Shown here: positions 1 through 11,999 of the stretch, piece after piece | Numbering within the stretch: position 1 is the stretch's first letter | Layout of the letters: every line of letters starts with the position of its first letter | Source: Haplodiscus bocki | Taxonomy: Eukaryota | DNA: 64,000 bases | Assembly (NCBI GenBank): GCA_965655095.1 | Contig: OZ296649.1 | Span: 23,498,001-23,562,000, forward strand | Direction: 5' to 3' | Position numbers and translations under genes: made by a program | Notes under the pieces: generated by a model | The model's input: only the letters and a program-made list of their open reading frames with translations | Databases searched by the model: none | What the model was told of the DNA's origin: nothing

Positions 1-470
1 ACAAAATACCCGCAGGCAAATTAATCATCCGCAGGCGTAATAATTATACGCGCGGGCGGGCCAGCCAAAAACTTTTGAATTTTATTTTCTAAAAAATCTC
101 ACAGTGCCGAAAATTGTCGCACAGTGCCGAAAATAAATCATTCCCTATCTTTGTACATTGCCGAACACACTCGGCTTGTACCCAAAACCGAAAATCTTTC
201 AGCAGCCAATCAGAATCGAGTATTACGTCATCCGAGTCAAACACCCTTCAACTTCGTCAGCCAATCAGAATCGAGTATTACGTCACCCGAGTCGTCAGCC
301 AATAAGAATCTAGCATTAGGTCACCCGAGTCGTCATTACGTCACCCGAGAGCTCTCGGCTAGGCCTGAAGACCCTTCTCGGCTCTCGGCTCGAGTCGGCT
401 CGCTATTGCCTATCTTAATACACTAGGGTCTTCAGGCCCCCCCACCACCTCAGCTCACACTCTTACTACT
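1..470 (+). mobile_element. Non-autonomous Helentron/HINE(DINE-1)-like dispersed repeat with internal tandem repeats and a 3' inverted repeat
   Basis: Direct repeats CACAGTGCCGAAAA (100, 120) and CAGCCAATCAGAATCGAGTATTACGTCA (203, 258; partial copies about 296-345). Perfect 14-bp inverted repeat GGCCTGAAGACCCT (362-375) / AGGGTCTTCAGGCC (425-438). A diverged relative lies at about 52880-53330. The repeat nature is seen directly; the family assignment is inference. Confidence 0.55.
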
Positions 471-479
471 CCCGTCCAA

Positions 480-3400
480 CATGTCATGTTTCAGGTGAAA
501 AAGACACTCAACTAATTTTTGCAGCTCTTCTTTTCTGTCCTTGGTAGGTATAAATCTCTATGACATGCGAGTCTTTTTCAGTATTGTTTTGAGAAGCAAA
601 CACATTTTGTGAGGCCTTGGAAGTTTCTCATATTTTTTTCTTGTTGTTTGATTGCAGAGTCCTTTTTTATGTCGTCTTAATCTAGAAAATCTATCACAAG
701 TGTTGGGTAAATAACTCCTTCTTTCACTGCAAGGATTGTGATTTCCCTTCCTGCTTCCATGCTTCCAATGGGGAGCTACTGCTGCTTTTTAGGGTTCAAA
801 TCCAGAGTCAAATTTGTTTTTCTAAACCGGGGAGACTATTTTTTTCTGATAGTTCTGACTTTCTTTTCGGCGATTGGTAGAAAATTGCTTCCTGATAAAA
901 ATCACGCTGCCTTCAGCCTCCTTCCCTCCTGGCCGTTTGCACAATTCTCCAAACTCCAAATTACGATTTTCATAAGAGATTCCTTCAATTATAGGGTCTG
1001 AACGAGCAATAAGTACAATCAGGCACTAAGTTCAACTCCAAGTAGTCCCATATCAGTGTTGTCAGGTGGTGCATTTCGAGTTACTTTGTTTTGCAGGTAG
1101 TAAGCTACTTGAGAAAATAAAAAGTAAAACAATGAAACACAAGAATTGATTCTACTTGCTTAGTCAAAAAATTGATCTTGACTGGACGCCACAATATTTA
1201 TCGGTTAATACTCAAACAATACGTTGATCGTTCAACACATCGCCCTCTGTAAACTTTCATCACCTTCCTGGAGGATTGCTTCGACAATTAGTATGTCATA
1301 GGTCTTCTTTACTGTTTTTTGATAGTCATCAATTTGAATTCTGTCTTCACACTTCCATTCAATCTATTGAGTGCTAAAATAGACGTGATTATGCGGTACA
1401 CTCGATTTTCTTCGACATGAACCAGACGCTGGTACCGTCGAGGAAAGTAGTTGCGTCTTAGTTCAATTTCTTGAATTAAAACTGACTTGGATGGTGTTGT
1501 CGATGTTCTTTGGGACCAAATGTCTCGATAGATCATGCAGGCATATGCCATATGTTAACATGAGTGGTACCTGTTTGAAAGTAATGAGATAAATGACAAA
1601 GAAGTGGTTTGTTAAAAAACGTTTGAATCTTTAATTCCAAGGCAAATAGTTATTCAAACGGTTTGCCTTTTGAACAAAAACATGTTCTCGTCAAACTCTC
1701 TAACTGTTGCTGTGCTCAATTCTGACTTTGATCGGGAGTTGGTGGGTGCGGCTGGTTCCTTAAATTTGCAGACTGTCTGTTTCTTGTACTTGATAAATCT
1801 TTTAAGGTTTGGGGTTTTCTTGTGGTCACAGTATGTTGAGAAAACAAAAATCGTTCTGATGTTTGGAAGGTCAAAAACCTGGTTATCTACTTGACATTGA
1901 AAGATGTCTAGCGTAACTGACCAGGTTTTCACATTTACGGGAAAATGTAAATTGGAGTACATTTTGTGGGGCATGTGCATGTGATTCAGCGTGTTTTGAT
2001 TGGGGAGCAAAATGTTCACTGGATCATTACAGCGTGGAATCTGGACAATTGTGTTCTAGATAGTACGCGTTGCTGCAAAGTGTACTAGTGGTGAAAATGG
2101 AGTTTGCTTCCACGGAAATCATAAACGTGGAAAATATGGGGTTGATTAAGAGTGATCCGGGTTCTTACGCTCTCCAGGTAGTCGAGCAAATCTTCACATT
2201 GAACCAATTAACCAGAAACAGCTGCTATAATCCTAATCTAGATGTTCGTGTGCATTTACATTGCTTTTAAAAAATTTTCTGTTTTTAATACGTGTTTGGC
2301 ATTTCCTTTCATGTTTGGCGGCCTTAGAAAGACAAAAGTAATTTCTTCCTGGTGAGCTGCCAGTTGAAACTTGATGCTTGGTCTTTCGAGTTTCCAGAAA
2401 AAATTTTGTGTCGGTTGGTTTTTGGCGTGTATCTTTGAATTTTACTCGTCGTACATAATAGGTGTTGTTGCCTCGCATAGCTTGTAGGAATTTTCCATTT
2501 GAAGGAGTTGTTTGTCAACCTACACTTTGATTGAGCAACTGACCTGAGAATCGAACTGGTTCAACTTTGTGCTTTTCCGCCGATTTCTGCTGATTGCAAA
2601 ACTGCTCACAATAGCGCAGCTCTTGCCTTGCCTGCTTGAAACCAGGGAGTACCCTTTCCCGGGCAAACTTTTTGGAGTCTTTTTCAACCAAAGGCATTGA
2701 AGTTCTAGTGGAGGATTTTACATTGCTTTTGGAGTTAATGCCATCCAGCATGTCAAAAAAGACTACTCATTTTGTGTGGACGTCTGGCGTTGTATGGCTT
2801 TCCAGTACTGATGCTGGCATTCATCTGTAAGGGTGTCCCAAGTAGAGACTGGTAAGGATTTACAGTGGATTCAATTCTCGGGGTACATTGAAAATGTTTG
2901 CGTGTTTGTTCCACTAGTTCGTGCTTGAACCCAAAAATTTATGAACCCAGTTTTTTGAAGTGCTCATCATAATGGATTCGAGGTTTCTTGTGGACTGAAG
3001 GCGCGATTGATTGATGGATATAATTAGCTCACTGGTTAACAGTTTCTCAAATTGAACCATTAGCAAACGATTCGTACTACTCGCACAAGAAGGTTGTTGA
3101 CGCGAATAGTCAACGGGATTGAGCTTTGGTGGTAATTTTGTATTAGAAGCTTCTGGCTGAGCTTTCTTTTCGCAGATTGAGAGTTGTTTCTCGACATCAG
3201 TGTTGATCGTTTAAACAGGGTTGTTCACAAATCAGTGGAGCACAAAGTCCAGTCTAGAGGCTGACATATGAAGTGCTCGAGGCGTGCAAAATGAGATTTG
3301 AATTCACTAGACAGGATGAATCAGAGAAAGTCTGGCTGTACTTTCTGTAAAGAATGGTTGTTGCAGGGCAGAAGGCATGTACCGGCTTTCTTGCACTCTC

Positions 3401-6400
3401 TTAGGAATGACGTGCCGGAACACGAACAAGTTAACAATTTGGGCAAAGACTTCCCCCTACACTTGTTTTTAAAACTGTGTTTTCCTCCACAGCTGATAGT
3501 CGTGGAGATTTTGCTGTGCACTCGTCAACAATTTGATAATTTTGTATTGGGTCAGCAAAGTACTTTTGCTTGTGGCGATGTCAAAGTACGCATAAGCTAA
3601 TTGAATTAACTTCTTTCATTCTGTCAGGGGTATGTAGAGAGTGAATCCAATTACGTTGTGACGAGTGCTGTTATAAGCTCCGAGAGAAATATTCAGACGA
3701 AGATCCCAACTACCGATCCTTGTACTGCAGTAAGCGGAAGTTAAATGAAAGAGTTTTCTGTTATGAAGTTCCACTAGACTTTTGGTTTTTGGGTGGTTGG
3801 CAGTAGAGGACACTGGATAACATGAGACAAGTTGCTGAGTTCTTGAGTTAAACGTGCGGTGAATTGAATCCCATACTCTATCCAAGGTAAACACTGTGCC
3901 TAACGAGGTTAAAGTTGTCTTACGACGGCTTGATTGGGTTAGAGGGGCATTGCTTCTGAATACGTGGTGATGCAGTCAATGATCAGAAAATATCCTTTGC
4001 GGTCTCTTTTGGTCTGACAAATTTTGAGGTGATCTGCCTGTAGCAGTTCTTTAAAGCTTCCACTGACAATTTTCCTCAATGTAAAACATTTCACAACTTT
4101 GTGACATTCCTTTTCCTAGCATGCTGTGAACGCGGCATACTATTTATATACATGTTTCCGAAGGCCGGACTAAGTATTTCCTAGTTGAATTGATTTCTAA
4201 AATTCTTATAATCCTTCATGACTGGCCCATTGGTGACTTCATCTTTTTCAGGGCTGAAAAAAAGTTACCGTTGCATTACTATGAGTTAATGAAAACTCAA
4301 TACCACCCTTTTGGATTTTACAAAGGATGTCTTGTCGTTTCATGAACACCTTTTTACTTCTCCTCCGCCAAATTTTGCCAAATTTTCAATAGATGGATTT
4401 GCATTCTTTTTTTTCGAAATACCTTTTAGCTATAATTCTGCGTACCGTCTGGCGCGCAGGTGGCTTACGGAAAAGATAAGAATATAATGTTCTTCCAAAA
4501 TTGATGCAAAGATGTGATCTTGACGATATTGATACACTTGTTCATTGCTTTTAACTATACTATCACAACAACATTTTGGATTCCTTACAGCAGCCCACAT
4601 ATTCAAGCCTGGAACAGCCTTTTCGTTGCAGGTTCAAAATTGAGTCCCTGCTGCATTATCTGTTGAGTACTCCGTACCGGGATGGTTATCCTCGGGATTT
4701 TCTTTGCACTCCTTTTTACTCATTGAAGCATCTGAGGTCGTAGCTGGTGAATTGAGGACTGAGCTTGATTCTGATTGTCGTTGTGTAATACGACTCTGAT
4801 TCTTCTTAGCTTGTCTATCTCTCTTGGAGCATAGAACTTTCAAATCTTGCCGTTCCTGTGAAATGAAGCAGAAGTCCGTTTTTTGTTAGTCATGTCGCAG
4901 AACTTTCTGAATCTACTATTTTAGTGATTCTATCGTTTCATGGGAGCATCGGCAAAACCATGATTGGCAAATGGCCTGTGCTCAATCTCTACTCCAATTT
5001 GGTCTAACAACATGATCCGTCGTCAGATGATGCGATCAGCGAAATTGTAAGGCTTTTGTCAAGATATGATTGGGTTTTAACGTTCCATATTGAATTTTTG
5101 TGATGTTGAAGGGACACGACTTTTGGTAACCGCTGAAAACATTTCTATCAATGGAACTGCAGACTGCTTCTAAAGAGGGAATGAAGACCTGCTGTCGAAT
5201 TGAATTTACATTACGTAGCACTTCACTCTTTCTTTTTCTAATGGCCAGCCAATCATACTGGCATCTGTTTCCAAGGCGACGCATCCTTCATCAGGTGCTA
5301 GTGCTTCTGCTTTCAAAAAAATCTGCTCCGAATTCCCCAAATGCACGCTGAGCGTCATTGAACCTTTCAAAATTTCTGTGCATTTTGTGAGAATCATCAT
5401 GTTATGAACTGTCGCTGCATTATATTCTGTGCACTCGCAATAGAGCTTGGCAAAACCAAACAAACCGCCAAATTCGACATCGTCCTGTAATACTGCCCAT
5501 GTCTGGAGCTTCCAATAAGCATATCTGTTGATCACCATGCACCTCAGGATTATTTTCCTTCCTAGATACTTGGCTTCAGTTTCCTTGGAATCAACGCTTA
5601 CCAACTACAGCTTGAATTCAGCTGCTCTCATGCAACGTAGACTGTCATGAAGTTCAATCAAATGATCTTCAATTATTTCCCAGTGGAATATGATATCACT
5701 TATATGAAACGCGTCCATGTTACCCGTTTTCTCGACAATCGATGCTAGCATTGTTATCATTGTACTTTGACGGAGACCAGTCATATTACAGAGGCCAAAA
5801 CACAAGTTTTTTCGTTCCAATAACCCTAGTTGTTATACAGCACTAGATTTCCAACAATTTCTTTTCAACGGAACTTGCGGAAAATTGAAACTAGATCAAA
5901 GTTGGTGAAGCGTTTTGTTCTGTCTAAACTGGATAGGTTTCTGTCGATCCTCTGTTGAGAGTAGGCTTTTTTGACAGTGGCATCATGAACTTGCGCAAAG
6001 TCGCAGAAGAAGCTATATTCCCCACGTTTTGTCGTAATCATGACGATATCACTTGCCTAGAGGAAGCAAGATACTGCTAGAGTGCCTATAGTCAAAAGGC
6101 GACGCATCTCTTGATGGGCTTTGTCCGACTTGTCTCGAGTCAAACTACTTGATCCGACACAATGAGCATCAGGGTCAGAAACTACTTCCATACATTGATT
6201 CAATACTGTACACCTAGATCCACTTTCTACACTATGGAAACATCTGAAAATTTTCCCAGTAGCTGGCTAAGTCCTTCCTTTGCTTTCAGTCCCCAGGTTT
6301 TTAACGCTGGAGTCATTTTTGGTCCCTGGATGTTTTGAAAAATTGCGGAGCTTAGATGTTTTTGTCTCTATAATTGAAAACCGTCCTTTAACGAGCACTC

Positions 6401-7070
6401 AGATCTGGACATAAACTTTATTTGTGTGATGAAAGAACTGAAGAGCGGTCAATCTTGTTCACGTCGTTCACCAATACAAAACCTTTCAGAATATCGTATT
6501 ACACCTTTCGTTTGAATTTGTTTGCTCGGTTCCAATATCTCATTTTCTGCCATGATGACTCCTACTTCTGAGACACTTTTTTAACTGGTGTCATTCCTCA
6601 GTAAATAGGAGATTGATTGATCTCGTTGCGCAAAAACCCACAGATTCAAATAAAGCAAAAGACGGTCAGGATAGGCGTTCGACCTGGCTGGCTAGATCAA
6701 GATCATGCTGGTTTGACCATTTTGGATGAGTTCTGATTGTCAATCTCATTTTTCAAGTTCCCAAAATCAATTGATCAAATACATTATTTGTTTATGATTA
6801 TAACGGGAGAAGTAGGCAGTGCGGTTCATAGCATGCTCCAGTCGAGTTGCCCTGATTGGGATCCCTGCCGAGCAACTCCTTTGCTTTAAATTGTACTACC
6901 ACATTGTATTGTTGCAGGAAGGATTTTTCCAAAATCTTTCGACAGTCATTCATCCGCCGACAAAGCCGGCTTGTAACATGAAACCTGCTTCAATGAAACA
7001 CACTGGTTTGGCTATTCCTGAGGTACAAATGCCTAGTGTATTTGTTGCCACAATAATGGCATGCTAAAAT
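480..7070 (-). mobile_element. Decayed Ty3/Gypsy LTR retrotransposon pol (RT, RNase H, integrase) with a long downstream extension
   Basis: Minus-strand motifs in canonical order. RT N-term 'GEYSFFCDFAQVHDATVKKAY..RIDRNLSSL' (~5900-6040). RT core 'LCFGLCN...FHISDII...EDHL' as degenerate PFGLxN and YVDD (5605-5820). 'KYLGRKI..FGFAKLY..LETDAS' as RT end/RNase H (5206-5604). Integrase 'DHLKICQT..LIIDCITTYSEAMP' (~3940-4040) and 'STANHPKTKSLVELHNR..WD..LGAYNSTRH..GFT' (3616-3894). Many stops and frameshifts. Confidence 0.85.
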
Positions 7071-8405
7071 AGATTGCTAAGAACGGCTCTGGAAGCCCAA
7101 TTGCGCGAAGCAGTGAATGTTTATCACTACTGCCACAGTGTCACTTCAGAAAAACAGAAACAAAGAGAAAAGATGCTGAATTGCAGTTTGTAGTTAATGT
7201 CGTAGCTTTTACCAATAAATAAAACCTTCGTTAAAAAATAGAAATATGCGCTCTTAAAGTCCATGAATTCTGAAAATTATGGGTTTTCTTAAAAACGAGA
7301 GAAAAATACTTTTACAACCTAAGAGATCGAAAACTTTCAATGTCATTTTTACTTTCAGGTGAAACTTCGATTTTCGAAACAAAGGTTTCGGTTATTCAAA
7401 TTCTTATGGAAGGTATCTGAAGCTTTTGGGAAACTAAATTGTCTGCAAATTATTGGCTAGTTCAAGCTTGGAATTCAATATTTCACCAAAAAATTCTGAT
7501 TTTGAAAAACAAACTCAAGTTTTTTTGAAAATTATTGATTAATTTTTCATTTATTCGCTCCGGAATCAACGGAACGTATCTACAGATAATTTTTTTTGAC
7601 TTTTTGGTAATTGCAGCGCAATATTTTGCAAAATCTGTCAAGTCGATTTCTTTGAATTTTTATTGAAATTTGAAGGAAACCACAAATTTATCTGTTTGTT
7701 ATCCCATGTTTTGTTTTTTTTTCAAATTAAGGTGAGTTGCAAAAACTGCGGCAGATTGAATGATACTGATTTGATATCAATTGCCGATTGATATGAGGTT
7801 ACAATTGAAACGAGTTGTCACTCTTTCAATTGGAGCTAAGTTGTCCTTTGATATGGGTTGTGAATTGTTAATCTAAAGCAGTTGTCGGTTTCATTGAGTT
7901 TTCTCTGGGCAAATAGATCTGCTCAAACTACAGAGTTGCAAGCTCCAGTGTCTGGTTGACAACATCGGACCTCTTAAACCCTACTGTAAGACATGCGTTC
8001 ACTTTCGACTAGAAGGGTGTGAAAATTTTAGTTTCCGCCGTTATACTTGTAATTTTTCTCGCTCACTTCAGTCGGTGCTAAGCTAACAAGTTATTCTGTG
8101 AAAATGCTTCAATAACGTTTGATAAAGACAATTTGCACCATTGCTGCAATAAATTACCTGTGAGTTGACGTAGTCAGACGATATCAGGGTGCCTCTTGTT
8201 ACAATCGTCAAAGCAAAGTTTCAATTACAATATATAGGCGGAGGACTATCCTTAATTTTTACCAACGGTGGCCAATTGCTACAGTTCTGTTAAAAATTTG
8301 TGTGAATGTATTTAATGATTTTTTTTGAGTTCTTTCAAAATTGAAACTCGAAAGTTTGATAGACTAATGGCTTGAGATCCTCATTCAGTATTCAATGTAG
8401 GAGTG

Positions 8406-8638
8406 TCATTGTTGAGGATCTGATCGTATAGCAGCAGAATCATCAGATACAACTTCAGGATCCATGGTGGAGGTGCCGAAATTGAAAAAACTTGAGTTCT
8501 CTGCTTTAGTTGCGTAAATTCCAGTCATCTTCTCCGTGACGCTGCAGTTTTTGAAACCGCCATACTGTTTATTTTCTTCCCATTCGTTCAGTCTTTCTGC
8601 TACTTGGTTGTCAAAAACCCGCGCTCCTTTCAAAACAG
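8406..8638 (-). CDS. CAP/SCP-domain secreted protein, last coding exon (C-terminal extension)
   Basis: Acceptor TTTGTTGCAG|CT at 8639/8638. The phase-1 junction C+CT gives Pro and reads ...CYYNAP-VLKGARVFDNQVAERLNEWEENKQYGGFKNCSV...DPQQ*, matching the 8406..8633 ORF. Possible ATTAAA poly(A) signal on the minus strand at about 8311-8316. Confidence 0.75.
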
Positions 8639-9041
8639 CTGCAACAAATTATAACTACTGCAGTTATGACTTTACTTGAATGAAAACCAAATTTTCTTTA
8701 ACGAAAAAATTTCGTAAATATGAAAGCATATCACAAAAACCCTTTTTGAAACACAGCAGAAGCCAAATGATTTGCCCTAAACACCAAATTTTTCGGCTGA
8801 ACAACGGCACTACAAAGGACTTCCCATCTTTTTGCACCCAACTTGTAATAGTACAGGTTTCAAAAATATTCAAAACCCAAAAAAAGGAAGTTTTCCAAAA
8901 TCCTATAACTTTAACAGACACAGTATCTTCCACTTAACGAGTTAAAAACAAAAAACTTTTCTGAATGGAAACAGTTTGATGCAGAAAAAAATGTGAAACA
9001 GAACATGACAGAGATGAGATTAAGAGAGATGATCTACTTAC

Positions 9042-9404
9042 GGGCGTTGTAGTAACAATTGATGATTATTTTGGGCACATCTACTCCTTTGTTACAGCCT
9101 ATGCAACTGGCATAACTGCAACCAAGTTGGCTAGCTTCAGACCACATCATTTGCACAAAGTGTCCGTATTTGCTGCGCATGTCAGTCAAGTTCACACATT
9201 TGTGGAAGGGCACATCTTCTACAGGGTATATGTAGTTTCTAATCTCCCTGTAGAAATCGTCAGTTGCTTTCTTCCCATTCTCACACATGTCCAAATCAGA
9301 TTCCATTAAGGCGGGAAATCTTCCAAAAGAAAACAAGTTTTCTCCCAGCCAGTGTCTCTCGTTAAATAGCATACGGTGAGACTCTTCACAACTTGCATTG
9401 TTTA
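9042..9404 (-). CDS. CAP/SCP-domain secreted protein, middle coding exon (CAP core)
   Basis: Contains CAP signature motifs ESH, GENL, FYRE, GHFVQMMW..ASQLGC and INCYY. Acceptor TTTTCTGTATAG|TA at 9405/9404 and donor C|GTAAGT at 9042/9041. 363 nt, phase 1 at both ends. Confidence 0.92.
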
Positions 9405-9639
9405 CTATACAGAAAACCGGATACTTTTCTCTGGACATTTTCGGTGATACTTTTTAAGTAAGTCTTCAAAAAAACTTGAAACATCCTAAATTACTAACTC
9501 AATTCAATTGGATGAACATGCCGTAGAAAGAAAATGAAAGTAGCGCAAACCTAAAAAAGGAAACCTCTCTGGCTTTTAGAACTCTTGGAGTTTTTGAAAA
9601 AAGTAACCTGAAAAGTCGACTCGTATGTTGTTTCACTCT

Positions 9640-10220
9640 TCCCACCCGGGTCGAAATATTGCCCGACATTTTTCCGGTTTAAGGGCGTTAACGGCGGTCA
9701 AAGTTAGCCACAGAAGCCGCTATTAACCGGAAAAATAGAGGCGTTAACGGCGTTTAATCGGAAAAAGAGCAGCTTGTTCCCAAAAAAGTTCGGGCAATAA
9801 AAATGTTGTATTTTTGCATTTCTGCAGAGAATTGTTCTTTCGAAACATCGATCAACCTGAATACGGTTGATGTTCGAAAAGTTCAAATTCCAATTCAGCT
9901 GTGCCTACAACCGAAACATCACATAATTCAATTTTCGACAGTTTAGTGTTGCGTAGCATTTTGCAAAGCAGGAGTGGAAAAGAATTGGAGCCTTGAAAGG
10001 TTTTGCTCCTGTATAGATATCATGACTATTCACAATGTTTATAATTTCTATGTAGAAAGTCGATTGAAGCGAATTATTTTTATAAAAGATAACCCAACAA
10101 GATTCGTCGGTGGTTAATTTTGCATCAATCGGTTAACTTCTGAAAAATTAACCGGTTAATTGGTTGAAACTGGTTAATTGGTTATAACCGTTTATTTGAT
10201 TAAATAGTCCCGTTAGAGGA
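9640..10220. repeat. Possible MITE/non-autonomous DNA transposon with clustered TTAACCGG/CCGGTTAA subterminal motifs, within a CAP intron
   Basis: GC-richer ends carry repeated GCGTTAACGGCG and TTAACCGG on the left (9670-9760) and CGGTTAA/TGGTTAATTGGTT on the right (10130-10190). No clean TIR or TSD identified. Confidence 0.3.
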
Positions 10221-11999
10221 GAAAGCACTATTTTATAGACTGCATGTTCGAACTTCTGGTATTCAGAGATATTAAAATTTGTTCAAATTCAAAAACACAA
10301 CGGCCTCCTTTGATAAAAATATTCCTTTTGTTCAGTTTGGATGTCCAAAACCGCTGATTACTCTTTCCGAGCTTCTGTTGCAGGACAGCTGTAGTACAAA
10401 GCCTGAACCGTCAACAACTTTGTCACGGTATTCTCCCAATGAAGTTTTGCACAATAATTAAAAGAAGTTGTCTTTTTTTTCAATTTTTCCAATCTTGACA
10501 CTTGGGACGCTTCCGAACAGTGCTTTCAGGGGTGCATATTCCTGCTGTCAATTGTAGGATGGACTATAAATCACGTTTAATACCAGAATTGATTCTTTGT
10601 TTTGGAGCAGGACTCGAGCGATTAGCAATTTTAATGTGAGAAACTTCACCAAATTCAATTTTTCAAGTGTTCAATTTCTAATTTCGAATCAGATCGCAGC
10701 AGAAGTTCCTGCTTGATTGCAGCAAAGTTTATGGTCATAGTACGCTCCACTGGCAGCTGATTTCTGCCAGCCTTGCGCTATGCACCTCAGCGTCTATGGG
10801 TAGGCGACTGGAGCCAAGCATTTCTGACAAGGACACGTCAGAATGATCTCGTTTTCTCGTGTCTGTGACATGGTGCGTTTCAACTCTTTAAATCCAAACT
10901 TATCAGCACGAATTGATCGGAATTTTCCGATCAGCCTTACTACGGGTTCACAATCTGATATATCCTAATTGTCAACCACCGAATTGTTTTCCGATGAGTT
11001 ACCAGCCAAAAAATTCAAATATCCGATTTTTTGGGGCGCAAGAGTTATATTTTTCAGTACTGTGTTTAGAGTCAGCTTGGATTTGCTTATGTTTTTGCAC
11101 TAACCAATGGAAGGCCACTCGGTGGAGTGGTGTGCTCTGATTATCTTTGCCAAGATTTTTCTTCGGCCAGCTTTTGCCCGAAAACTGGAACAATGATCAA
11201 TTCTTTGATATTTGGCTTGATCATGATTTCTGAAGTCAGCTTGCTTGCTTCCTTTGACTGGTGATACTGCCCCTTGTGCCCAAACTTGATGTAAAAACTG
11301 TTTGATTTTCATTGGTTTGTTTTGCGTTTGTGGGTTTGGAGTATTTTTTCAATGATGGCGCGCTGTTTCCAGAAAAAGAATGTAAGGTTTGTCAGTTTAT
11401 CGGCATTCCAGACAATTTTCTACCATCCTTCTATTTGGAGAGGTCAAAATGAAATCTTCACAGTGCTTTTGGGCGACCTTACACGGTTTTGCCGTTCAAT
11501 TTTGCTTGATTTAGTTGTTTTGGTAAGTTATGCCACAAAAACCATCTGTCAAATTTTTGAGTTTTCGGCAATCCTCTTTCAAACATTGAACAACAAGCGT
11601 GCTGCCAAAACATCGAAGTTACCCAAATCACTGTATGATGGTGAATCATAATGCCATTTGAATAAGTGCCAAAATACAAGCAGTTTTCCTCTCTTGGATT
11701 TTTCCCTGGCCGGCTTTCAAGAGGAAAATTTCTGCAAATAGAAGGAAAACCTACGTTTTTCCACAATATCTTCAGTATTATGGTCAAAAACTGAGTCAAT
11801 TTGTGGTAATTGATGTTTACTGATTTGCAAGGAAACTGTAGTACAAATACTGAACTTTCGAAGTTTTTTGCAGTTTTTCTTACCGTTAAATTCGAATGTA
11901 TATAAATTCAAAAATATATTTTCCAAACCTTCCTTCATTGAAACTTGAGGCGCCTCTGGGAAGTTTTCTCAATATTTTATTTTCTTTGCTTTCGAGCGT

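Noticed and set aside
114-426. ORFs 114..305 and 124..426 as genes
   Set aside because: They are translations of the internal tandem repeats of a dispersed element and begin at non-ATG codons.
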